Source of the DNA: Macrostomum lignano
Lineage: Eukaryota
NCBI GenBank assembly: GCA_002269645.1
Contig: NIVC01000100.1
Location: 620,001-684,000 of the forward strand
DNA length: 64,000 nucleotides
Direction: 5' to 3'
Part shown: in pieces, positions 24,343 through 35,396 of the stretch
Position numbering within the stretch: position 1 is the stretch's first letter
Layout of the letters: every line of letters starts with the position of its first letter
Translations under genes and position numbers: made by a program
Notes under the pieces: model-generated
Told to the model about the DNA's origin: nothing
The model's database searches: none
What the model saw: the letters and a program-made list of their open reading frames with translations, nothing else

Positions 24343-24809
24343 AACTACCTTTCGTGACATATTTAGTTTGGGAATTGATTATCGATACATTGGGGAACGT
24401 AACTCATCAAGAAATTATTGGCATTGCTCTATCAGACCATCTCAGGGTACTGCTCTTCGACTGGTGCAAAATAAGCAGTTTAGCCTGAGGCCAATTCTCG
24501 GAAAGCTACCGAAAGTTAAAGTTATTTGGGACTCTTGTCCACCCGGAAATAGAGGAACCAGTCACTCCGTTCACTAAGAGTTCGCGGACAAGAGGTCAGT
24601 CTGAGCAAGGTCAGACGCTGAATCATCAGAGTGCTAGAGTGCGTGTGAGTCATAGTCTGCCGACGAACAAAGACTCTAGGAACCACGAGGCCCAGAGTTA
24701 CTCGGTTCATACAAGAAGTTACTAGATTCAGATAAAGTTACTAGCCACATGGATAGAGTTATTAGGCCCATAGAAGAAGTTACTAGGTCCATAGAAAAAT
24801 GCTGTCTCA

Positions 24810-26500
24810 GATAATGCTGTCTCCCTGAGTGACGGAGAGATAATGCTGAGTGACAGAGAGATAACGCTGAGTGACGGAGAAAGAGAACGCTGAGTGACGG
24901 AGAAAGAGAACGCTGAGTGACGGAGAGAGAGCGCTGAGTGATGGATAGAGAACGCTGAGTGACAGAGAAACAATGCTGAGTGACGAAGAGAGAACGCTGA
25001 GTGACGGAGAAAGAGAACGCTGAGTGACGGAGAGAGAACGCTGAGTGACGGAGAAAGAGAACGCTGAGTGACGGAGAGAGAGCGCTGAGTGATGGATAGA
25101 GAACGCTGAGTGACGGAGAGAGAGCGCTGAGTGACAGGGAGATAATGCTGAGTGACGGAAAGAGAACGCTGAGTGATGGAGAGACAACGCTGAGTGACAG
25201 AGAGATAATGCTGAGTGACGGAGAAAGAGAACGCTGAGTGACGGAGAGAGAACGCTGAGTGACGGAGAAAGAGAACGCTGAGTGACGGAGAGAGAGCGCT
25301 GAGTGATGGATAGAGAACGCTGAGTGACGGAGAGAGAGCGCTGAGTGATGGATAGAGAACGCTGAGTGACAGGGAGATAATGCTGAGTGACGGAAAGAGA
25401 ACGCTGAGTGATAGAGAGACAACGCTGAGTGACGGAGAAATAGAACGTTGTAACGGCGAAAAAAAGCTGAGTGATAGAGAGACAACGCTGAGTGACGGAA
25501 AGAGAACGCTGAGTGACGAAGAAAGAGAACGCTGAGTGACGGAGAGAGAGCGCTGAGTGATGGATAGAGAACGCTGAGTGACAGAGAGATAATGCTGAGT
25601 GACGGAAACAGAACGCTGAGTGATGGAGAGACAACGCTGAGTGACAGAGAGATAATGCTGAGTGACGGAGAGAGAACGCTGAGTGACGGAGAAAGAGAAC
25701 GCTGAGTGACGGAGAGAGAGCGCTGAGTGATGGATAGAGAACGCTGAGTGACAGAGAAATAATGCTGAGTGATGGATAGAGAACGCTGAGTGACGGAGAG
25801 AGAACGCTGTAACGGAGAAAAAAAGCTGAGTGATAGAGAGACAACGCTGAGTGACGGAGAGAGAACGCTGAGTGACGAAGAAAGAGAACGCTGAGTGACG
25901 GAGAGAGAGCGCTGAGTGATGGATAGAGAACGCTGAGTGACAGAGAGATAATGCTGAGTGACGGAAAGAGAACGCTGAGTGATGGAGAGACAACGCTTAG
26001 TGACAGAGAGATAATGCTGAGTGACGGAGAGAGAACACTGAGTGACGGAGAAGGAGAACGCTGAGTGACGGAGATAGAGCGCTGAGTGATGGATAGAGAA
26101 CGCTGAGTGACAGAGAGATAATGCTGAGTGACGGAAAGAGAACGCTGAGTGATGGAGACAACGCTGAGTCACAGAGAGATAATGCTGAGTGACGGAGAGA
26201 GAACGCTAAGTGACGGAGAAGGAGAACGCTGAGTGACGGAGAGAGAGCGCTGAGTGATGGATAGAGAACGCTGAGTGACAGAGAAATAATGCTGAGTGAC
26301 GGAGAGAGAACGCTGAGTGACGGAGAAAGAGAACGCTGAGTGACGGAGAGAGCGCTGAGTGATGGATAGAGAACGCTGAGTGACAGAGAGATAATGCTGA
26401 GTGACGGAGAGAGAACGCCGAGTGATGGATAGAGAACGCTGAGTGACGGAGAGAGAACGCTGTAACGGAGAAAAAAAGCTGAGTGATGGAGAGATGATGC
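24810..26500. repeat. Minisatellite of 19-23-bp units with GCTGAGTGA core and higher-order periodicity
   Basis: Roughly 80 units such as GCTGAGTGACGGAGAGAGAAC and GCTGAGTGATGGATAGAGAAC, recurring in ordered blocks. Confidence 0.95.
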
Positions 26501-26539
26501 TGAGAAATTTTGCAATTCAAGATTCTGCTTTACTCACCT

Positions 26540-26908
26540 TTAAAGTTATGAACCGGTTTCGCTGACCGCAGTTCACTCGAGGCACCAATCTAAGAACACC
26601 TTATATGCTCTTCTTTTTAAGACTTATTAAGTTTAATAAGTAAACTTAATCGTTGGCTCAGTGTTCACCGCGTCATCAAGTACGACTTGCACGATGACGG
26701 TGTCGTACCATTCAGATTCATACTCGGCTTTAACCTTCAGTTTTTCATCACAGAATCTTTGCGAAGAGCCGAAATTCTCCCATGTCTCTACAGTAAATTC
26801 TTGAAATTCACATAGGGAAACTTCACTGTAACCTGCCTCAATTACTTGCTTATCATCTAGAAACAACACTATGAAGCGGATGCTTTCCATGCTTGTACAG
26901 TTGTACAA
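26540..26908 (-). CDS. Small spliced ORF divergent from CACTA transposase A (possible accessory gene)
   Basis: MESIRFIVLFLDD...WYDTVIVQVV ORF; a second exon at about 26540-26588 is bounded by AG and GTGAGT on the minus strand. Confidence 0.3.
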
Positions 26909-27372
26909 TAGTATAGTTTCTAGAATTTAAAACACAGTTTGAACCAAAAAGATTGCTGGTTGGACTACAGACTGCAGATTATAGTTGGATATACTACTTG
27001 AAATACAAACGTATGTATAGCGTGCCAATAGAATTTTTGGCTAATAGAATTGGTGGGCTGTAAAAAGCTCGCTTTTCTGCTCCAATCACGAACCCTCGAT
27101 TGAATGAACATGGTCTTTCCTTCTCGATTCAGTTCATTCCGTTATTCCGCATATTTTTGCTATACTCAGTTTTAATACAAACTTACGAAAGAACCAATTA
27201 AACAAATTAAATTAAATTCTTCAGTAAAACAGCTTGATTCTATACTACTTTCAACCAGTTCATTTAGTTCTAGTCTATCCCATTCAATTGTTATCGATCC
27301 TACTTTTATATCCAAAGGTATGACTAAAAGGAGAAAGATTTTTATTCCAACTCTAGGAGAGAATTTAGTAAT

Positions 27373-29650
27373 GTGCTATTAGATACCAAATTAAGCGCAC
27401 AGCAAAATGAAGTAGAAGACATACCCGACGAACTGCTTGACAACCAACCCGACGAACTGCCTCCTTGTGCTGACAGCGTAACCGCAAATCACGAGTTCGA
27501 CCCGCAACACCTTGCACAATACCTGTTGTCCGTAGAACTGCCAGAAGAAGATTTATGCGAAGGAGATTGAAGAGTCTATGAAGAAGAAGAGCCAGCTAAG
27601 CCCACTCTGGACTCTCTGGACGAAGAGTTGTTGGTACTGTTCCTGCTCTACGGCATACCTCACAGAGCGATGCATTTTCTATTAAACGTACTTCACAGCC
27701 CAGAATTGCCCGTCTCGAAATCTCTGTACTTGTTAACAACCAAGGACGGGAAAAAGAAGATTCTCAAGTATTCCATGGGTGCAGGCGATTTCGCTTACCT
27801 AGGTATTGCCTCCAACATAGCCTACCTGCTTAAAAACAATCTGCTGAAGTTGAGTCAGGCAGTTGCACTTTCGGACGGTTCGGATGGATTCGAACTGGAC
27901 TTAAAAATAGGCATTGATAGGCATTGGCCTATCTATAACTCATCCAACTTTAGTGCCTGGCCCATCCTAGCAACAATCGCCGGATTTGCTCGACTCGTCC
28001 CCATTGCATTGTATGCCGGAATCGGTAAGTTTGAGAATATAATTAAAGCTTAAAAGAAAAAGAGCGAGAGATTGACTGACTGAGATTATGTTAATTAATT
28101 TCACTCTAAACTTTAAAATACTACTACCAGGAAAACCACCTCTTGATGAGTATCTGGCCGAATTCTGTAAGGAGGCTACAGAGCTGATGCCTAACTTCGC
28201 GACGATTGAGGGAGTAAACATCAAACTGCGCAACTTGAATTTTATCTGCGATGCACCAGCTCATTCCTTCATCACGAAAACGCTCGGCCACAATTCACAT
28301 TTCGGCTGCTTTTATTGCAAAAGTCCCGCATATACCGTAGATAGACGAATCGTCTATCCAACAACAGCAGGAGAGTCTCGTACAACTGAAGATTATCGCG
28401 CAGGATGGTCAGTTAATTCCACTTCCTCCCTTTGATCTCCCATCCCCAGCTCCCTTCATCTCTCACCCCCTTACTTCATCCCCTATTTCCTCCCTTTGAT
28501 CTCCCATCCCCTCCCTTCATCTCTCATTCCCTTACTTAATCTCCTATTTCCTCCCTTTGATCTCCCATCCCTCCCTTCATCTCTCATTCCCTTACTTCAT
28601 TTCCTATTTCCTCCCTTTGATCTCCCATCCCCTCCCTTCATCTCTCATTCTCTTACTTCATTTCTCATTCAAATTGCAGTGAGTCAAACCAGCGAGCCGG
28701 ATCCGGTCCACTTATGCAACTGCCGGGGTTGGAGTTCCCTAAGTGCATACCACCGGACTATATGCATCTTGTCTGCCTTGGAACAGTGCGGAAGCTGTTT
28801 CACTTTTTGTTCTCGACAGATGACGGCCGCCGTTGTAAACTGAGGCCCGGTGAAATCACAGCGCTGTCCGAGGAGATCGAAAGGGTTGCTCCCTTCACTC
28901 CGTCACAATTCCAGCGACGTCCTCGTCGGATTGACCAAGAATTAGCACATTTCAAGGCGTCTGAGTAAAAAAACTATTTTCTTTACTTCGGTATAGTTCT
29001 GTTCCGGTGATTCTTTCCTGATCAACTTTTCAAGAACTTTCTTCTTTTACATTTTGCAATCTATGAGTTTATGTCATTCGACTACTGCATCAATCCTGAA
29101 GTGTGAATACGCCGCAACTTGCCTGAAGGAGTTTGTCGCCCAAGCCCACGAGCTGTACGGTGACACCGTCATGAGACACAACACCCACGTACTGGTGCAT
29201 CTCCCTGAATTCGTTCAAATCTTTGGGTGCTTAAGCAACTTCTCAGCGTTCCCTTTTGAGAACTACTTATCACAAATTAAGAAGCGGCTTCAAGTGACGC
29301 GTTTTGTCACTTCACACTTGCTAACGCAAATGCTTAATGTCCGCGACCTGCTAAGCAAGAGTCCGCTATCATCTCTGCGATACAGCTCAAATGCGCCCGA
29401 TAATTGTTGCATGATTGGAGACCATGTAGTGCGCATAGCCGCAGTCCATGGCAACAAAAATGTCTATGGAGTTGTTCTCACCTTGACCGGCACCTTATAC
29501 AACTACCCCTACCTTTCGTCACTCCTACGGATCGGCTACTAGTCTGATTCGCGTCAAACTATTACGGGAGTGCCCACGACGAAGTGCATAATGCTGCCGC
29601 AGCCAGACTGTTACCTCATTGTACCACTGGTGTCACTGTCAAGTGACTAG
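27373..29650 (+). pseudogene. CACTA/EnSpm-type transposase, copy A, with introns 28025-28130 and 28408-28679
   Basis: IGID..SSNFSAWPIL, CDAPAHSF..GHNSHFGCFYC, DYMHLVCLG, FQRRPR, HNTHVLVHL, FSAFPFENYL. Both introns restore the frame; several premature stops. Confidence 0.85.
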
Positions 29651-30510
29651 GTCTAATCAACTAATTCCTGTACGTGTAAAGACGGCGGCGGGTAGCAAAA
29701 GTTGTGTTTAATATCTATTGTTTGTCTACGGTGACCTATTTTTTAATGCTGCTCACTGACTGTCTCTCCCCATTGTCTGCTTTTCACGTGGGGCTTGTAA
29801 GCATAGCTTCCGTCATCGATCAATTTTCCATATTCCACAGACAAAGAACTCCCACTTGACTGCGCATCCCGTATTGCGTATGGGCTTATTTTTTGTCAAA
29901 ATGACTGTAAAAAAGGTGCCTACTCATTATATTGCAAAGGTAATTAACCCACCTTCCCTCAGCCCTAACCCCCAACCGAGCGATAGAGATAGAGAGACCA
30001 CAGACCAAGAAATCTAACTAGAGTGCGTATGTGGGGAAAATGTTTTTCCTCCTTTCCAGTAAGTAAAATGGAAGCTATTGTAACGTTGATAGGAAATAGG
30101 AAGAAATTATAACGTTGTACGCAAGCCCCTTGCTCGCCTGGCTGCTGGGTCACGCCACTGCATGCAAATCTCTCTATTATTTGTCATCGTTTAAAGACCT
30201 ATGCTAAAAAATAAACTGGAAACTCGATCTCTTTGCTTGCTTGCTAAATTCTACTTTCTACTAAGTACTTTAACATACGAGCGTACTAGCTAGCAGTAGC
30301 AGATAAGGTCAGTAAAACCTAATATCTAAGAGTTTTGTAAAACTATAAAAAGTTTGGATGTAAAGTGTCTTAACTACTATCGTTTATTATTATATACATT
30401 TAGTTAGACTCCCTTGGGGCTCCGGTTCATTATACTGTTGTTGTTCTGTAGATATGAAAGAAGGGGGCAGTGTCTTTTCCTACTAACATGATCAATCATT
30501 TGGGGTAGGG

Positions 30511-30650
30511 CAGGGGTCGGCAACTTTTTATCCTAAGGGCCAGATAAGGACAGCTCATGGCTGCGGGCCAGATGAGAGCTATAGTGGAAAGGAGAGAGAA
30601 GAAAGAGGGGATAAAAGATGACAAGAGAGGCGAGATGAGATGCTATGAGT
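30511..30650 (+). mobile_element. hAT-like MITE 5' fragment (same family as 49552-50051)
   Basis: CAGGGGTCGGCAACTTTT..CCTAAGGGCCAG followed by a GA-rich body similar to 49552-49710. Confidence 0.6.
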
Positions 30651-31944
30651 AGGGTTTGCAATCCTGGGATCCCGGGACGCTGGCAATTATATCGAATACA
30701 TATGCAGAAACTGAAACCTCGATAATGCTAGACTGTTTTTTCTGCTTGGATCTCTTAGTCTCTTTGTGTCAAGATGACGAGACAGGAAACAGCTGGTGTG
30801 GTGTGGCTATAAAAATGTCGAGAGGATTTGCGTTGCTCCACACACTATAGCTATCCCTCGCAATTCAGTTCGAAATGAAATTGATACATACTTCCCCAAC
30901 CGCTTGCTACTACACTGGCCGCTTTTTTGCGATCACTATCAAAGTGGCCTTTGTGAAATGGTTCCTTTTCTGTTCCAACTCGGTCTCCCATAAAGTAAAC
31001 AACCATATAATTTTTAATGAATGTGTAAAGCATACCCTCAATGACTTCTAAATCTAGTCTAGAAGTCTAGAAGCCCTTGCATACTCTTTAAATACTAATT
31101 TGTACATGTATCATTATGAGTTTATTCAGCTCTATCAGCTTTTGTTTCTTTAATACATATAACTTTTAACAACTTCATATTTCTTTTCGGTTCTGCAAGC
31201 AAATTTCGTATCTACTGCGTAATCGGGGCACATCCCTATTTGCTATAATATATGGGTGTTGTTAGGATTTCGTTCTTTTCAGTTTCCTTTTTCAGAGCTC
31301 CGTGGGAGAGGCAAATCATGAATTAGTAATCATCTAACCCAGGCTCCCCAAACTTCTACGGGCGGCGGGCCGCATTGACAGCTGGCTCCGGGTAGCTAAC
31401 CCGACCTTTCCCATTCTTGCAGATGATACATTCACTGCATCATAAACGCCTCGACGCGTCTCTGTGTTCCCATGACAGTTTTATTGTCACTCGATCATTC
31501 TTCCTTCATTTTCCCGCGAATCCTGGAGTCAATGAAAAACTGCTGCTGGGCGCCAACATCCACTCACAAATATTCTCACCACCAAAGTTTTCTTCGTTTG
31601 CGATCGTCTTTTACAACTCGAAGTCAAAAAATCCTGTGAGCATGTGGTATGGAGCTCTGAATGTAAAAGTTGTAGATAAGCTGTGAATTAATTACAGACA
31701 GCAGATAGGAGGCACCAAACCACACGGAGAATAACTTAAATTTGGTTCAACCTATTCTTAGTTACTGAAGTTACTGCTACACTTCTGACTGCTCTTTGAA
31801 TGTTATGAGCTCCGGGCTGCCTGCCTCTCCAGTTTCTATAGTTTTTATAAAATGGATAAAGCAGCCACTGGCCTACACAAGATAATTTTTTGCCTTTCGA
31901 ACGAGCTTACAAGTTACAACCCTTACGCCCCTCTAATGTATATT

Positions 31945-32310
31945 ATCATGGCACCCTCCAGTGTATATTATGGCGCCTTTCTACTCTAGAGCATATTATG
32001 GCGCCCCTCTAGTGTATATAATCGCGCCCCCCTAGTGTGTATAATGGTGCCTCTCTAGGGTGTATTATGGCGCCCCTCTAGTGTATATAATGGCGCCTCT
32101 CTAGTGTGTATTATGTTGCCTCTCTAGTGTGTATTATGGCGGCTCTCTAGTCTCTAGTGTTTATTATGGCGCCCCTCTAGTGTATATAATGGCGCCTCTC
32201 TAGTGCATATTATGGCGCCTCTCTAGTGTGTCTTATGGCGCCTCTAGTGTATTATGGCGCCCCTCTAGTGTGTATTATAGCGCCTCTATTGTATGTATAT
32301 TGGCGCCCTG
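31945..32310. repeat. ~23-bp minisatellite CTCTAGTGTGTATTATGGCGCCC
   Basis: Direct reading, about 15 units. Confidence 0.9.
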
Positions 32311-33234
32311 GCGCCCCTGTTTGCTTCATGTTTGAAACCCTGAAACCCCGTCATACTTTTTGTCTGTGACTGGCGGCATGCATGGACCTCCTTTGTATTA
32401 GATCCTATTAGGTTCTATGGACCATGGAGTCTATGGAGTCCATGCGGTATGTCAGCCCAGCATAGCCAGCATAGCGAAGCGACCCAAGCCCCCCTCATAT
32501 CCCGCCTCTGCTAAAAGAAATTCCCGTCAGTTCGAAGTCGGATCTAATTGGACGGTAGTGGCTGAAGATTCTGAAGAAGCAACTTTTTTGCCGAGAATGA
32601 TTTTGATAACATACGAGCGTATTAACTACTCGTATAACGGTTGATTTTGGGAAGGTCCGTCGGGCTGATGCCGGCCTCTAGCACCGCGGCAAGGTGCTCC
32701 CTCGGGGTGTACCACCTCCCCCGGGGTGTACCTCCAGCAGGGTGGGCGTCCAGCGGGTTGGGCCTCCGGCGAGTGTACATCCGGCAGGGGGAATCCCGCC
32801 CCTCCCACCAATGTCGTGTGCATGCGGTTTGCCACTATACGGTAGGGGGGTGTAGGAAGGGGTTTTTTAACCCCGATGCTGACGCAGCCCTGTAAAGAGA
32901 GCAGCCCCCTGTAGCAGGATGTGGGGGGCAGAGAGCAGCCCTGTCAGAGGGGTGTGTTGGGACAGAGAGTGCGTGGAGGCACGAGTTCGGATAGCCGCCT
33001 TGGCATGTCGCAGCACGCGGCGTGGACACAGAGGTAGTATGAGTCACACACCCCGCGAAGAGAGGAATCAGCCCCTGTAGCAGGAGGCGCGGGACAGAGA
33101 GGCAGTGTGTAAGTCACACACGGAGAGAGCCGTACAAAGAGCTCCCCCAGGGCTGCAGAGGGATAGAGCAACCGCGCGCAGTGTCATTTCAAACCATTAA
33201 ATAGAAGCAGTGTACAAACTTCTCTATATAGACC

Positions 33235-34041
33235 ATGGAGGAGGATATAACTGATAGGCCCTATGCATCGAGAGTGTGCGCGACAGAATACCCCTCATTG
33301 AAAGATTGTTATCGGACACTAGGAAAAGAATCGGGGATTGACCGAGAAGGAGCGCTTAAAATTCACACATCTGGCTCGGCTGGCATTCGTAACTGAAGTA
33401 AACATTGAGGAGAGAGAGGCATCGTTAACGAGGGAGGAAGCAGAAGAAGCGATAAAAACAGGGTCCTGTATGGTCACAGCCAATCTATGGAGTGCGGCAA
33501 AACACCTCAATGACACGAGGGGGTTAATTGACACAGAGTTAGTTAGACAACTTCACACACGCGTGTGCAGAGGACTGCTCCCAAATGCGGGATCGTATAG
33601 AATTAAACACGCCAAGCCAGCAGGTGCGAGTATGTCACACATTATGGTGTATTACAGCGTATTACAGCGTATTACAGTGTATTACAGCGCCCCAGAAAAT
33701 ATCGAACGGCAGCTGGTAAAATTAACTAGAGACCTAAACGAGCCACAATTCCTGCAAGACGCAGTAGTGACAGCAGCATATTTCCTAGAAAAGTTTCTCA
33801 CCACCCCTTTAGCGACGGCAATGGTAGAACTGCTAGGCTGTTATTATCAAAGTTGTTCAAGCGGATTCTGCCAGAACCCGTATCATTTGCGTATGCTAAT
33901 GGAGACACATATCTCAACTGTCTTTACGAAGCGCGCAGCAGGAACCGGGGGCTCCTAGCGGCGTATTTACTTTTATCAATTGAGAGAACTGTCCTACAGT
34001 GGAGGGAATGGTTGGAAATCTGTTCAGACGGCAGCCTATAA
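33235..34041 (+). pseudogene. Intronless Fic/Doc-domain gene with two frameshifts (near 33320 and 33800)
   Basis: Complete Fic motif HPFSDGNGRTAR at 33802-33837. Upstream ELVRQLHTRVCRG..AGSYR is typical of Fic helices. ATG in accATGG context. Confidence 0.85.
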
Positions 34042-34044
34042 ATA
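34037..34044 (+). promoter_or_regulatory. TATA-like box overlapping the Fic stop codon, 31 nt upstream of the next ATG
   Basis: TATAAATA; TAA stop at 34039-34041; ATG at 34076. Confidence 0.4.
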
Positions 34045-34075
34045 GATAAAATTGGTATTTCTCAACAAAATCAAA

Positions 34076-34631
34076 ATGTACTGGCAATGGGAAATAGTAT
34101 ACGCCTACGTTGACAACGCAGTGCTCGAAGTGAGATATTGGGACCCAAACGAGCCGCGTTTCCGCATCCACTGTCAAAACTGTAGCTGCCCAGGAGCCGT
34201 GTTTAGTCGAGCACAATGGCATCGAATGAAATTTCTGTGCATTAGCTGCACATATTACGATCTCGAAGGCGGCGCATCTATCAAAGTTATCGAAGGGAAG
34301 CGACTGTACGTAAAAGGAGACTGCGAATTTCACCTGTCAGACAAAATACTTGCGGCAGTTAAAAGAATAGAGTCGACAATTTCTTCCACTATTTCTTTCT
34401 CGACGAATCTGACGAGTCAGAGGAATGAGCTGGATTTCTCGAGACTATCCGCTATTATCGAGCAAAGAAAGGGCAGAGTACGAGACCCTGAAAAAGTCCA
34501 CAGACTGGTTATGCATTTGTCACGGCAAACCAATTCCCGAACGATTAGTCACCTTTAATGCCGAGGTAGACGAAATTGGGCAAGGGCCTTACAGCACCCA
34601 AGAATATACAGATGCCCGAATTGACTTCTAA
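34076..34631 (+). CDS. PC4-like ssDNA-binding protein candidate (probably frameshifted near 34400-34430)
   Basis: AVLEVRYWDP and GAVFSRAQWHRMK align by eye with PC4 VLIDIREYWMDP and GISLNPEQWSQLK. Confidence 0.45.
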
Positions 34632-34643
34632 TTTAGAGATAAG

Positions 34644-34937
34644 ATGCATTTCAAAGCCAATCTTCAAAGAATGGAGCAGATAATTACCCCGATATTACAG
34701 GAGGATCATCGTGAGAAAATACGGTACCGGAATCACCAGCCGCTTGCTCCCTCGTGTACGGAACACCAAAAGATATGGCTACCTAAACATAGTAGACCGG
34801 TGCTAGTGAAGCTGACTATTATCCCCCACTGCAGCTGCATTCATGACACACCCAAAACCCCTCGACCAGAAGATCGAAACAAAAGGTATATTTTTTCCGG
34901 ATTTCCAACACCGGAAAATGTCGTTAAAGGACTATAA
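34644..34937 (+). CDS. Hypothetical protein (97 aa) in compact cluster
   Basis: ATG-initiated, non-repetitive ORF 12 nt after the previous stop; no motif recognised. Confidence 0.3.
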   Translation: MHFKANLQRMEQIITPILQEDHREKIRYRNHQPLAPSCTEHQKIWLPKHSRPVLVKLTIIPHCSCIHDTPKTPRPEDRNKRYIFSGFPTPENVVKGL

Positions 34938-34974
34938 CAAAAACGCCCAGCCACCCTACCCTCCGCCCCAAGGG

Positions 34975-34982
34975 TATATAAG
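34975..34982 (+). promoter_or_regulatory. TATA-like box for ORF 35028
   Basis: TATATAAG in GC-rich context, about 46 nt before a Kozak-type ATG. Confidence 0.45.
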
Positions 34983-35027
34983 GAGGCGCTCAGGGGGGCG
35001 AGACCCACTCTCAGCAGCAGCAGCAAC

Positions 35028-35396
35028 ATGGATACCGTTCAAGACTACAATAGTGTTAGGATCGACCTATTCTCTCTCAAGTCGAGAGGTCCAAGCTACA
35101 ATGCAACGGAGACGTACGACTTGGAGTACGACGAAGAGGGTCCTCTCTATCTTGCCAATGCGACGCCCGTACTGATTTTCAAGGGTGTGATAACCGACAA
35201 TGAAGGTCACGAATTCATCATTCTTTCCCAAAAGCACTTGGAGAGCTGCATACCAGAAGCGTTCAATTCCGTGTGTCACCAGCTCTCTATCCAAGGAATG
35301 GCGCTATTGGGGTACAACCCCACTTTTGGCTGTGACAGCGCTGCATTTGGATTGGCTCACGACTTTAAAATGTACGACAAGAGCGGCAAGTTGTGA
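35028..35396 (+). CDS. Hypothetical protein (122 aa) in compact cluster
   Basis: aacATGG start with TATATAAG 46 nt upstream; globular composition. Confidence 0.5.
   Translation: MDTVQDYNSVRIDLFSLKSRGPSYNATETYDLEYDEEGPLYLANATPVLIFKGVITDNEGHEFIILSQKHLESCIPEAFNSVCHQLSIQGMALLGYNPTFGCDSAAFGLAHDFKMYDKSGKL

Noticed and set aside
24676-26520. Long ORFs (up to 498 aa) on the minus strand
   Set aside because: They are translations of the minisatellite in all three frames; no evidence of protein coding.
33235-34041. Fic gene as the host FICD/HYPE orthologue or as bacterial contamination
   Set aside because: No TPR or membrane region and no introns. It has Kozak/TATA-type signals, frameshifts and eukaryotic repeats on both flanks. 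Not formally excluded without a phylogeny and read check.
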